A stretch of 64,000 bases of DNA from contig CAYXJN010000002.1 in NCBI GenBank assembly GCA_964464605.1, forward strand, positions 124,001-188,000. Reading direction: 5' to 3'. The position numbers and the translations under genes are program-made. This document shows, piece after piece, positions 1 through 8,236 of this stretch; position 1 is the stretch's first letter, and the number at the start of each line of letters is the position of its first letter. The stretch is from an uncultured Ignavibacteriales bacterium (GTDB taxonomy: Bacteria; Zixibacteria; MSB-5A5; GN15; FEB-12). The notes beneath the pieces were generated by a model, which was given only the letters and a program-made list of their open reading frames with translations, did not search any database and was not told the origin of the DNA.

Positions 1-1687
1 GAATAGCCGTTTCGATTTTGGTCTTGTCATCCGCTGAAACTTTGTCCCCATGCTCCTTGAGTGTTTTCTCAGTCGCATAGATCAACTGGTCAGACTCGTT
101 GCGCGCTTTGATAAGCTCACCGCGTTTTTTGTCTTCTTCCGCGTTTTTCTCGGCATCTTTGACCATCTTGTCGATTTCCTGATCACTCAAACCGGATGAG
201 GCCTGAATGCGAATCGACTGCTCTTTATTGGTCGCTTTATCTTTAGCCGAAACATGGACAATACCGTTTGCGTCTATATCAAATGTCACTTCAATCTGCG
301 GCATACCGCGCGGAGCTGAGGGAATACCGACTAAGTCGAACCGTCCTAAAGTTCGGTTATCAATCGCCATCTGACGTTCTCCCTGCAACACGTGAATAGT
401 CACGGAAGTCTGGTTGTCATCAGCGGTTGAGAATATCTGAGACTTTTTGGTCGGGATTGTCGTGTTACGGTCAATCAACTTCGTCATCACACCACCGAGG
501 GTTTCGATACCGAGCGAAAGCGGTGTAACATCGAGCAATACGACATCCTTCATTTCACCGGTCAATACACCGCCCTGAATAGCCGCGCCGATAGCAACGA
601 CTTCATCGGGGTTGACTCCCTTATGCGGTTCCTTGCCGAAGAACTGCTTAACGGTTTCGACAATTTTCGGCATACGGGTCATACCGCCGACCAAAACAAC
701 TTCGTCGATATCATTGACTGAAAGCTTGGCATCGGCAATTGCCGCTTTGCAGGGCGCAAGGGTGCGCTCGACCAGTTTTTCTACCAACTGTTCGTATTTT
801 GCTCTGGTCAAAGTCAAGTCCAAGTGTTTTGGACCGTTTTGATCTGCAGTAATGAACGGCAAATTTATATTCGTCTGTAAAGTCGATGACAGTTCGATCT
901 TCGCTTTTTCAGCCGCTTCTTTTAAGCGCTGCAACGCGATCAGATCTTTACGTAAATCAATCGCGTTCGATTTCAGGAATTCTTCTGCCATCCAGTCTAT
1001 AATCGCTTTATCGAAGTCATCGCCGCCTAAGTGGGTATCACCGTTGGTGGAACGAACTTCGAACACGCCATCTCCAATTTCCAACACGGAAACGTCGAAC
1101 GTACCGCCGCCCAAGTCATAGACGACTATTTTTTCATTTTTCTTTTTATCAAGTCCGTACGCTAATGACGCCGCAGTCGGTTCGTTGATAATGCGCAGCA
1201 CTTCCAACCCGGCAATTTTACCGGCATCCTTGGTCGCCTGACGCTGGGCATCATTGAAATATGCCGGCACAGTAATCACCGCCTGGGTGACTTCCTGGCC
1301 GAGATAGTTTTCTGCCGCTTTCTTAAGCGAACGCAAAATCATCGCCGAAATTTCGGGCGGCGAGTAGGTATCACCGTTGATATCTACCATCGCACCGCCG
1401 CGATCATTGGAAACTAATTTGTACGGAACGAGTTTTTCTTCACCCCGAACTTCATCGAGGTTACGTCCCATAAACCGTTTGATCGAGAACACGGTATTTT
1501 TCGGATTCGTTACCGCCTGACGTTTTGCCGCGGCTCCGACCAACCGTTCTCCATCCTTTGCGAAGGCGACGATCGACGGTGTCGTGCGCGCCCCTTCCGC
1601 ATTTGGGATAACGACCGGATCTTTTCCTTCAAGCACGGCCACACATGAGTTGGTCGTACCGAGGTCAATGCCAATTACCTTTCCCAT
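1..1687 (-). CDS. dnaK: Chaperone DnaK (Hsp70), runs off the window start
   Basis: Read manually from ATG at 1687: [19 protein letters not shown]...[23 protein letters not shown] motifs; follows grpE. Confidence 0.98.
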   Translation of the reverse strand, partial: MGKVIGIDLGTTNSCVAVLEGKDPVVIPNAEGARTTPSIVAFAKDGERLVGAAAKRQAVTNPKNTVFSIKRFMGRNLDEVRGEEKLVPYKLVSNDRGGAMVDINGDTYSPPEISAMILRSLKKAAENYLGQEVTQAVITVPAYFNDAQRQATKDAGKIAGLEVLRIINEPTAASLAYGLDKKKNEKIVVYDLGGGTFDVSVLEIGDGVFEVRSTNGDTHLGGDDFDKAIIDWMAEEFLKSNAIDLRKDLIALQRLKEAAEKAKIELSSTLQTNINLPFITADQNGPKHLDLTLTRAKYEQLVEKLVERTLAPCKAAIADAKLSVNDIDEVVLVGGMTRMPKIVETVKQFFGKEPHKGVNPDEVVAIGAAIQGGVLTGEMKDVVLLDVTPLSLGIETLGGVMTKLIDRNTTIPTKKSQIFSTADDNQTSVTIHVLQGERQMAIDNRTLGRFDLVGIPSAPRGMPQIEVTFDIDANGIVHVSAKDKATNKEQSIRIQASSGLSDQEIDKMVKDAEKNAEEDKKRGELIKARNESDQLIYATEKTLKEHGDKVSADDKTKIETAI

Positions 1688-1734
1688 AAAACATCCTCCT
1701 TTATTATTTAGCTAACACATTCGAATTCATGCGC

Positions 1735-2295
1735 CTACTCTTTCGCTTTGCTGACGCCTACTTTGGCGTGGCGAAGCACCCGGTCCCCCTGCACATACGC
1801 TTTACTCAATTCAAGCGCGACAGAGCCAACCGGATAGGCATCGGTTTCAACTTCCATGATAGCATCATGCAGTTTCGGGTCGAACGGTTTGCCCAGTGAA
1901 TCAACCGCCGTTATACCTTCTTTAGTCAATACGCCCTGTAACTGCGAAAAAATCAGTTCCGTTCCTTTGACGATTGCCGACGGATCCCCGTTCCCTTGCG
2001 CATGATGCAGCGCCCGGTCGAAGTTATCGATAACATCGAGCAAATCACCCAACAGCCGGTCATTGGCCGCTTTCGCCATATCATCATATAACCGGGCTGT
2101 TCGCTTTTTGTAATTTTCAAATTCAGCTGCAGCGCGAAGCAGTTGGTCTTCTAATGCTTTGACCCGGAGTTCCAGTGTTTCAGCCGTATCGGATGTGCTC
2201 TCATCCGCAGGCGTCGGATGCGCTCCTTCCGCTTCAAAGGCTGCTTTTTGCATCTGTTCTTCCATGGCTTCCTGTGCGCGTTCTTTATTACTCAT
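1735..2295 (-). CDS. grpE: Nucleotide exchange factor GrpE
   Basis: LRAAAEFENYKKR, FDPKLHDAI, RVLRHAKVGVS; start placed at the ATG overlapping the hrcA stop. Confidence 0.96.
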   Translation of the reverse strand: MSNKERAQEAMEEQMQKAAFEAEGAHPTPADESTSDTAETLELRVKALEDQLLRAAAEFENYKKRTARLYDDMAKAANDRLLGDLLDVIDNFDRALHHAQGNGDPSAIVKGTELIFSQLQGVLTKEGITAVDSLGKPFDPKLHDAIMEVETDAYPVGSVALELSKAYVQGDRVLRHAKVGVSKAKE

Positions 2296-3337
2296 TCGTT
2301 GTATCCTTTTTTGCTCCCCCAAGCGCCTCAGTAATCGTTTTGGCTGTGTATTCAACGACCGACACCAGTTTGTTGTACGGCATCCGGGTCGGGCCAATAA
2401 CTCCGATTGAACCAGCGATATCTCCCACTCGATATGTCGAGGTCACCACCGAGCAGCTCATGATCTGGTCGACTTTGTTTTCATGGCCGATGGTAATTAC
2501 CAAGCCTTCCTCACTCGCATTATGCAGAAAATCCGTGAGAATTCGGTCATCTTCTAACAGTTTGACCAACGCCGATACTTTATCCCGCTCATGAAACTCA
2601 GGTTGGCTTAACAGATTGTCCGCACCGGATAGATTGATATTCGTCGAGGGGGCATTCTGCAGCAGTTTATCTTTTGCATCTAAAATCAATTTGATCAAGC
2701 GTCCGTGTCCGACGACATCCGCAAGCCGCTTGGTCATCGTGTCTCTGATAACCCCAAGCGACAAGCCGGATAGTTTCTCATTGAGGATCGATTCGAACTC
2801 ACGAAGCATCGATTCTGAAATTGTCGCTTCCACCTCGATAATCACGCTACGGACAATTCCGGATGAGAGAATTACGACAACCATAATTCGCCCTGCAGCG
2901 ACTGGAATCAGATCCATCCGCTTTAGCACACCCGATTCGAAACGTGGTGCTATAGTTACGCCGAGTTCTTTCGTAATTTCACTCAACACTTTGCAGGTCT
3001 GGCCGAGGATCTCTTTCAATCCTGTCCCATCCTGCGTAACAGCGGATTTAATAGCTTCCTTTTCCGCAGGCGTAAGCTCTTCCGGTTTCAAAAGCGAATC
3101 GACATAGAAACGGTATCCCAAATCAGTTGGAATCCGCCCCGCCGAGGTATGCGGCTGCTGCACCAAGCCGAATTCTTCGAGGTCCTGTAGGGTGTTGCGA
3201 ATCGTGGCCGAGGAAATACCCATCCCAAACCGGTTGGCAATTACCCGCGACCCGACTGGATCCGCTGAGGCGATATAGTAATTGACCAGATTGGCCAAAA
3301 TCTGTTTTTCCCGCTCACTTAGATTCTCGAAAGACAT
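2288..3337 (-). CDS. hrcA: Heat-inducible transcription repressor HrcA
   Basis: PVGSR, SSATIRN, PHTSAGRIPTDLGYRFYVD, IGVIGPTRMPY. Confidence 0.97.
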   Translation of the reverse strand: MSFENLSEREKQILANLVNYYIASADPVGSRVIANRFGMGISSATIRNTLQDLEEFGLVQQPHTSAGRIPTDLGYRFYVDSLLKPEELTPAEKEAIKSAVTQDGTGLKEILGQTCKVLSEITKELGVTIAPRFESGVLKRMDLIPVAAGRIMVVVILSSGIVRSVIIEVEATISESMLREFESILNEKLSGLSLGVIRDTMTKRLADVVGHGRLIKLILDAKDKLLQNAPSTNINLSGADNLLSQPEFHERDKVSALVKLLEDDRILTDFLHNASEEGLVITIGHENKVDQIMSCSVVTSTYRVGDIAGSIGVIGPTRMPYNKLVSVVEYTAKTITEALGGAKKDTTNE

Positions 3338-3394
3338 TGCCTTACTTCGCAATCTGCCACATTGGCAGTTTTTACATGTCAGTTTAGTTCTCTC

Positions 3395-3422
3395 AATTTA
3401 GCGCATTTATAACACGCGTCAA
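3395..3422 (-). promoter_or_regulatory. Candidate sigma70 promoter of hrcA-grpE-dnaK
   Basis: Minus strand TTGACG-N16-TAAATT about 60 bp upstream of hrcA. Confidence 0.5.
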
Positions 3423-3448
3423 GACAAAACGGTTCATGCCCAAACAAC

Positions 3449-3473
3449 AAAAAACCCTCATTCGAGGGCTTTT
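3449..3473 (-). terminator. Intrinsic terminator
   Basis: CCCTC/GAGGG stem with A/T tracts downstream of the 3504 gene. Confidence 0.55.
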
Positions 3474-3503
3474 GTGGACGTTAATGAAATATGAGTAGCT
3501 GAA

Positions 3504-3818
3504 TTACTTCGGAGACTTTGGCTGCTGCGGCGGTTTTTCTTTCGGCTTCTGATTCTCTTTTCGATCATCGATGCCGTTGTTGTTTTTGTCTACAAAGTTG
3601 TCATACCGTTTCGCCGTTTGATTCGTGCGCGGTTTCTGCTGCGCTTTCGGGTCAGCAGGTTTCTTCACGCTATCAGGGCGCGGAGCCGGCGCCTGTTGCG
3701 CAGGTTGCTGCTGCTCCGTTTTCTTTTTCTCTGCAGTCTTTTCTGTTTTCTCAACAGCACAAACCGAGAGATTACATGCGAAACATACCGCGAGTGTTAA
3801 AGTAAGTATCTGTTTCAT
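3504..3818 (-). CDS. Small secreted low-complexity protein with an EF-hand-like loop
   Basis: Signal-peptide-like N-terminus; FVDKNNNGIDD motif; K/Q/P-rich. Confidence 0.65.
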   Translation of the reverse strand: MKQILTLTLAVCFACNLSVCAVEKTEKTAEKKKTEQQQPAQQAPAPRPDSVKKPADPKAQQKPRTNQTAKRYDNFVDKNNNGIDDRKENQKPKEKPPQQPKSPK

Positions 3819-3881
3819 ATTGTTGCTCACTTTCGCAATCTATCGACAGCCTCCGTGAACGCAACCTTAAAAGAAAGGGGG

Positions 3882-5417
3882 TTAGTCCCCTTTCTTCTTT
3901 CCATAACTACCGGGGTTACGTTTCGAGGCACCGCCGCCATCATTCGATTTTGGCGCAGGTTGTGACACTTTTCCTTCTGCTTTCTTCTGTGGAGCCGTCG
4001 GTTTCGCCTGAGCCGGTTTGTCACTGTCGTCAGACACCTTCGGCTGCGCTTTCTTCACGGCCGATCCTTTTTTGCTCGGCGATTTGGTGGCACCGGACTC
4101 TTTACCGGATGTCGTTCCGTTATTCACGGATGAGTTTCCATTCTGAGTCTTTCGCGGTGCCGGTGAATAACCTGAACCGTTGTTATCCGATTTTTCTCTA
4201 CGATAGCTGCTCGTGCTGCCATCACTTTTGCTATTCACGCCAGAACGTTGTTTCCGTTCGTAACCGGAACCTGCGGCGCTGCCGCCTTTGGTTTCATAAC
4301 CGCGATCGGTCTTTGTCACGCTGCCGTCGCCATACAAGTACTTCTTCGGTAATACCATATTGTCACCGTCGAAGTTATTGCTCTTTCCTTTTTGCGACGG
4401 AACTATCTGCTTTTTATCGATACCGGTCTTGCTCAGATTCGATGACCCCATCGCGATCTTCTGCTTTTCAGCAAACTTCGGATAGCCGTTTTTCACCGGG
4501 TCTCTGTAACCGGAAGTACGAACTTCTTTGTACTTTGACACATTGTTCACGGAAGTATGAACAATAGTCTTATTCAACACCACCGTGCGATAGCGGGAAA
4601 TATGGATATCATCTTCCCAACAATATCCCCACGGATCATAAATAGTCACCGTCTGCCATCCGCACAGAATACGCGGGATATAGAGCGGAGCGCATCCCCA
4701 GTAAATACCGTTGATATACACCGTCGCGCCGTACGGATAATCGATATAGACATTACCGCAGACCGACCAGGACGGATAATCCGGATAATAGACCGGCTGA
4801 TAATAAACGGGCTCCCATTCGTTCACATATAACGCCGCGCGATCATAGGCGAAACGCTGACCATCATAGCGAACGAAATAGCGGGCGTTGATATATTCCA
4901 TAAAGTCGGAACGGTCTTCTTCATCGGTCGTAATACCGGAGTTCGGATACCAGTCCGGAATAGGAATACGCTCGCGCGAAGCAATGATCTGAATGTTCTC
5001 CGTGCCTGACGGGCCGGTTACTTTCAGATCATAGTTGCTGTTAACGCTCGGCAAGCGATACGTCACGCCCCCGGAAACAAAGTTGTCATCACCCGGATCA
5101 GCCGGATACAACAGTTCTACCCGGCCGCGTGTGTCGATCGAGTAGATCACCACAAACGCATCCCGGTTGGCCATAAAGGAAATAGTGATATTATCTCCTT
5201 CGTAATATTCCCCGTCTCTATGGTTAGTCCAAACCTGCACATCCAAGTATCGATCGATCAACGGCTGATTGTCATACCGGTTGTCCGAACGATCCACTGG
5301 CTCATCATCGCCGTAGTCGCGCACGATATTATCCTGCGCCACGGCACTCGTCAGAAGCATCCCCATACTCAGTATGGTTGAGCTAATCAGAGTTTTCATC
5401 CACGATTTCATAATCAT
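3882..5417 (-). CDS. Secreted DUF4384-domain protein with PEGA-like segment and low-complexity tail
   Basis: Signal peptide; VQVWTN..YYEGDNITISF..DAFVVIYSIDTRGRVELLYP resembles DUF4384; PYGATVYING is PEGA-like. Confidence 0.75.
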   Translation of the reverse strand: MIMKSWMKTLISSTILSMGMLLTSAVAQDNIVRDYGDDEPVDRSDNRYDNQPLIDRYLDVQVWTNHRDGEYYEGDNITISFMANRDAFVVIYSIDTRGRVELLYPADPGDDNFVSGGVTYRLPSVNSNYDLKVTGPSGTENIQIIASRERIPIPDWYPNSGITTDEEDRSDFMEYINARYFVRYDGQRFAYDRAALYVNEWEPVYYQPVYYPDYPSWSVCGNVYIDYPYGATVYINGIYWGCAPLYIPRILCGWQTVTIYDPWGYCWEDDIHISRYRTVVLNKTIVHTSVNNVSKYKEVRTSGYRDPVKNGYPKFAEKQKIAMGSSNLSKTGIDKKQIVPSQKGKSNNFDGDNMVLPKKYLYGDGSVTKTDRGYETKGGSAAGSGYERKQRSGVNSKSDGSTSSYRREKSDNNGSGYSPAPRKTQNGNSSVNNGTTSGKESGATKSPSKKGSAVKKAQPKVSDDSDKPAQAKPTAPQKKAEGKVSQPAPKSNDGGGASKRNPGSYGKKKGD

Positions 5418-5440
5418 ATCTCCGTGTTGCATTGTTTTCG

Positions 5441-6313
5441 TTACTTAGTGGCGCCTTTGCGCATCTGAACATACTGCTCTTTAGTCATCGAGCTGGTATT
5501 CATCGGCTGCGTCGGGTGCTCTTTGGGCAAACTCAGTTCCGGATTACCGGGGTCAGTCTGGTATGCCCAGTGCAAATCGACATATGAATTTGCAAAGCTA
5601 ATGTTATCAATCTGAATCTTGGCGTAGTTGTTGTCGGCTGTCCAGATGACATAGACGTGACCATCGACCACTTCGGCAAATGATCCGTTAATCCATCCAT
5701 CCGTCGGAGCGACATTGACTGCATCGAGTGAGGAATGCCATCCCATATCCTGCATATCCGTATCAGTGCGTCCTTTGTTGATGAACATGATACCGCCAAC
5801 CTGGTCGAACCAGATATCCGCTGCCGTGCTGTTCCAGGCAACTGTGTTTTCGGCGGCGAAGCTATAACCGGAAGTTGCATAGGAACCGGTAGTATCAAGC
5901 ACGCGGATGGTTCCTTCCGGACGCGGCGTATCGAACACCTCTTCAGCCGAGAGATCAGAAATCTGGCCGCTTCGATCGACACTGGCAACGGCGTAGTAAT
6001 AGGTTTGACCGTTCTGCGCGCTGTTGTCGACAAACTCATATTGGATTAAGTCGAGTGAGCCATTAGAAAGTGCATCCCGTCGACCGATTTCATTGTAGTT
6101 GTCGATCGGGTCGAAAGAACGAAAAATGATATACTCTTCGATATCCGATTCATACGGACCGTTCCAATAGAGATACACGGCATGGTCACCGGTAATTGAA
6201 AACACTCCCTGTGGTGCGGCCGGTACTGAATCCCCAAGAATCTGGTCATCTTCACAACCGGTGAGGGTGAACACTGCTACGGCAACCATCAAACTTCCAA
6301 TTATCTTCTTCAT
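5441..6313 (-). CDS. Lipoprotein with fibronectin type III-like domain
   Basis: Lipobox LTGC; PAAPQG..VYLYW..FVDNSAQNGQTYYYAVASVD..S. Confidence 0.8.
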   Translation of the reverse strand: MKKIIGSLMVAVAVFTLTGCEDDQILGDSVPAAPQGVFSITGDHAVYLYWNGPYESDIEEYIIFRSFDPIDNYNEIGRRDALSNGSLDLIQYEFVDNSAQNGQTYYYAVASVDRSGQISDLSAEEVFDTPRPEGTIRVLDTTGSYATSGYSFAAENTVAWNSTAADIWFDQVGGIMFINKGRTDTDMQDMGWHSSLDAVNVAPTDGWINGSFAEVVDGHVYVIWTADNNYAKIQIDNISFANSYVDLHWAYQTDPGNPELSLPKEHPTQPMNTSSMTKEQYVQMRKGATK

Positions 6314-6352
6314 ATATACTCCTGAGCACATCGCTCGTTATGTCAGTATATA

Positions 6353-6400
6353 AACAGAAACTGTGCCAGAAGCCGTAAGGTGTGTATTTCCAATGAGTTG
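6353..6400 (-). promoter_or_regulatory. Candidate sigma54 promoter with adjacent IHF-like site for the 6313-3504 operon
   Basis: Minus strand CTGGCACAGTTTCTGTT (GG-N10-GT, non-canonical -12); TTCCAATGAGTTG at 6388-6400 resembles IHF WATCAAN4TTR. Confidence 0.5.
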
Positions 6401-6452
6401 GTGTTTTTTGCGTACCCCGAAAGGCAGCTATGACGCACTGTTATTGTGCATG

Positions 6453-6659
6453 GGTTTTAGGTATGCCCCAATTTGGTGCGTGAATATGAAGCTGGACTGC
6501 TTACAGGCCGCTATTGACGTCAATTTTTGGCATTACAACTATATGCGGAAACACTCAAGTATCGGAACCACTCCTGCAATAAAAGCTGGAATAGTTGATC
6601 GGGTGCAAACTTGGTCTGTGGTGATTAACGAACCAGCATTTAACAGCTTGGCGGCTTAA
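6453..6659 (+). repeat. 207-bp direct repeat, copy 1 (copy 2 at 7028-7234)
   Basis: Manual alignment: first 98 nt identical, then 15 substitutions in 109 nt, no indels. Confidence 0.97.
6486..6659 (+). pseudogene. C-terminal fragment of an IS1-family-like DDE transposase (57 aa)
   Basis: KLDCLQAAIDVNFWHYNYMRKHSSIGTTPAIKAGI fits the YN..R.H.S...TPA..AG tail of IS1-related transposases; catalytic region absent. Confidence 0.75.
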
Positions 6660-6676
6660 TGAAAATGATATATAAT
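6648..6676 (+). promoter_or_regulatory. Candidate sigma70 promoter spanning the repeat/cargo boundary
   Basis: TTGGCG-N17-TATAAT. Confidence 0.55.
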
Positions 6677-6830
6677 TTAATATGGAGGCAGGAGTACGCA
6701 AGAGCGGCTCCCCATCTTGGTTATCCCTACTTAGTTATTAGCACTCCCCCCTTCCCTCCGCCGGAAGCTCATGGCTTTCGACGGGGGTCGAAGGGGCAGA
6801 GACTTTTAACACTTAAGGAGGTGATGACCA

Positions 6831-6962
6831 TTGGCGAAGAGCGCTAAACCTGATAAGGGTTTAGTAGAAGTGTTTTGTCGTTACATAACCGTAAAAGGCA
6901 AACGCATCTACCCGAAAAACGCTCAGTTCTTCCATTTCTGGGTTCAACCCAAGAAACGGTAG
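6831..6962 (+). CDS. Small basic protein, 43 aa (MAKSAKPDKGLVEVFCRYITVKGKRIYPKNAQFFHFWVQPKKR)
   Basis: Strong SD TAAGGAGGT before a TTG start; below the ORF-track size cutoff. Confidence 0.7.
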   Translation: MAKSAKPDKGLVEVFCRYITVKGKRIYPKNAQFFHFWVQPKKR

Positions 6963-7027
6963 CTTCTGAGTGAACGCGTCTCCTCCTCCAAATTCAAAAA
7001 AGCCTCATTTCAAATTAGGCCAGTACC

Positions 7028-7234
7028 GGTTTTAGGTATGCCCCAATTTGGTGCGTGAATATGAAGCTGGACTGCTTACAGGCCGCTATTGACGTCAATT
7101 TTTGGCATTACAACTATATGCGGAAGCATTCAAGTATTGGAACCACTCCGGCAGTAAAGGCCGGAATAGTTGATCGGGTGCAAACGTGGGCGGTAGTGAT
7201 TAACGAACCAGCAATGAATAGCTTGGCGGCTTAG
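7028..7234 (+). repeat. 207-bp direct repeat, copy 2
   Basis: Aligns with 6453-6659 at an offset of 575. Confidence 0.97.
7061..7234 (+). pseudogene. Second transposase C-terminal fragment (57 aa)
   Basis: MKLDCLQAAIDVNFWHYNYMRKHSSIGTTPAVKAGIVDRVQTWAVVINEPAMNSLAA. Confidence 0.75.
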
Positions 7235-7470
7235 GGTAATTTTACATTCGGGAAATAAGGAATTGCCTTGAGTTGCCCACGCTTTTTCTTTCGTGAATAA
7301 TTAACAATTGTAAACCCGACAATCTCGTTTGTTTTTATATCGCGTCGGATAAGAACACCATTACTCGTTTCTTCGCTAATTGCAGGCGTACTTTCACCTA
7401 TGAAAGCGTAAAGCACATCACCAGATTTGTCGTAATCGTACTTTATTTGAGTTGACCTTTTGGCATCCAT
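7231..7470 (-). CDS. DUF2283-family protein (putative antitoxin)
   Basis: YDKSGDVLYAF..EETSNGVLIRRD..EIVGFTI pattern. Confidence 0.8.
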   Translation of the reverse strand: MDAKRSTQIKYDYDKSGDVLYAFIGESTPAISEETSNGVLIRRDIKTNEIVGFTIVNYSRKKKRGQLKAIPYFPNVKLP

Positions 7471-7790
7471 ATAATTCTCGTTACGGGCAAGTCAGATGTC
7501 AGATGAGCGGTTACTATACTACCTTTATCGGTAATATCGAATTTTACTACAACCTTACCGAATAAATGAGGAAAGTCAGAATGTAACCCCTTGACGGAGT
7601 ATACGTTTGTATCTATATCGTGAACGTCCTCTTGAATGTATGTCGGTGACGAAATACAAGTCTGTAGTGAATCAAGAGGAAATTCTTTATGTCCCTGCCT
7701 AATATGCTTTACGCGCTCAGACCTCAACTCAACAGGACGCCCCATAGGGTCTGAGACTACCCATAGCACTTTAGGGCTGAACTTTGACAT
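7443..7790 (-). CDS. Putative RelE/BECR-fold-like toxin (DUF4258/PBECR-like)
   Basis: DPMGRPVEL..ER.KHI..GH..P.YI..KVVVKF..IVTAH pattern; overlaps the DUF2283 gene. Confidence 0.55.
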   Translation of the reverse strand: MSKFSPKVLWVVSDPMGRPVELRSERVKHIRQGHKEFPLDSLQTCISSPTYIQEDVHDIDTNVYSVKGLHSDFPHLFGKVVVKFDITDKGSIVTAHLTSDLPVTRIIWMPKGQLK

Positions 7791-7800
7791 ATAACCCAGC

Positions 7801-8127
7801 TTATTGTTGGGTCTTTTTTTCTTCGGGAATTGAAATGACCCCGAATTGTTTTTCGTATTTTTCTAATTGTCTCGCGAGAACTTCACTAAGAACTTTGAAG
7901 TGTTGTGGACTCATCTGGAGAATAAATTTTGGCTCAACGATCTGATACGCCGGTTCAGCAACTGAGTTAATAGTAGCACTGGCTACAATCATCTGAAATT
8001 CAAAAAGTGTAAAGTTTACCTTAATTGTATTACTGTATACCTTAGGTATAGTAACAAATGGGTCTATTGTAGAAGACTCAACTTCAGGCTCTGCCGCCAT
8101 TGAATTATCCCTTACCTTTTGTTCCAT
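7801..8127 (-). CDS. DUF3467-family protein
   Basis: VYSN..V.FT.FEF..MSPQHFK.L..L..QLEKYEKQFGVI. Confidence 0.8.
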   Translation of the reverse strand: MEQKVRDNSMAAEPEVESSTIDPFVTIPKVYSNTIKVNFTLFEFQMIVASATINSVAEPAYQIVEPKFILQMSPQHFKVLSEVLARQLEKYEKQFGVISIPEEKKTQQ

Positions 8128-8136
8128 TGTATAATA

Positions 8137-8165
8137 AAAATATACTTAAGAAATCACTTTGTCAA
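8137..8165 (-). promoter_or_regulatory. Candidate promoter of the unit 2 cargo operon
   Basis: Minus strand TTGACA followed by an AT-rich TATATT/TATTTT element, just inside the right end. Confidence 0.45.
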
Positions 8166-8236
8166 CCTATACTATGCAACCCATTGCACTTCCAAATTAG
8201 GACAGTACCCACTCAGTTCAACGCACAAAAAACGTG

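Larger units (their letters stand above)
6453..7027 (+). mobile_element. Non-autonomous IS1-like cargo unit 1
   Basis: Starts GGTTTTA-GGTATGCCCCAATTTG, carries a transposase C-terminal fragment, ends CAAATTAGGCCAGTACC (imperfect inverted match to the left end). Confidence 0.7.
7028..8209 (+). mobile_element. Non-autonomous IS1-like cargo unit 2
   Basis: Same leader as unit 1; three AT-rich cargo genes; ends CAAATTAGGACAGTACC (16/17 identical to the unit 1 end). Confidence 0.7.

Noticed and set aside
3362..3388. CIRCE operator upstream of hrcA
   Set aside because: Only one degenerate half-site (AACTGCCAA on the minus strand); the partner half does not match TTAGCACTC.
6737..6746. TTAGCACTC CIRCE half-site within unit 1
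   Set aside because: No GAGTGCTAA half 9 bp downstream; probably chance.
6363..6847. ORF-track calls 6363-6659 (98 aa) and 6659-6847 (62 aa)
   Set aside because: The first is the transposase fragment extended into host intergenic DNA. The second runs across the structured leader, and the strong SD fits the 6831 ORF instead.
6683..6990. tmRNA or tRNA-like element
   Set aside because: The ends pair, but there is no T-arm (GTTCRA) or alanyl acceptor signature.
6453..8209. CRISPR array, integron attC array or DGR template/variable repeat
   Set aside because: The repeats are 207 bp and coding. There are no cas genes, integrase or reverse transcriptase, no attC-type R boxes, and the mismatches are synonymous rather than adenine-specific.
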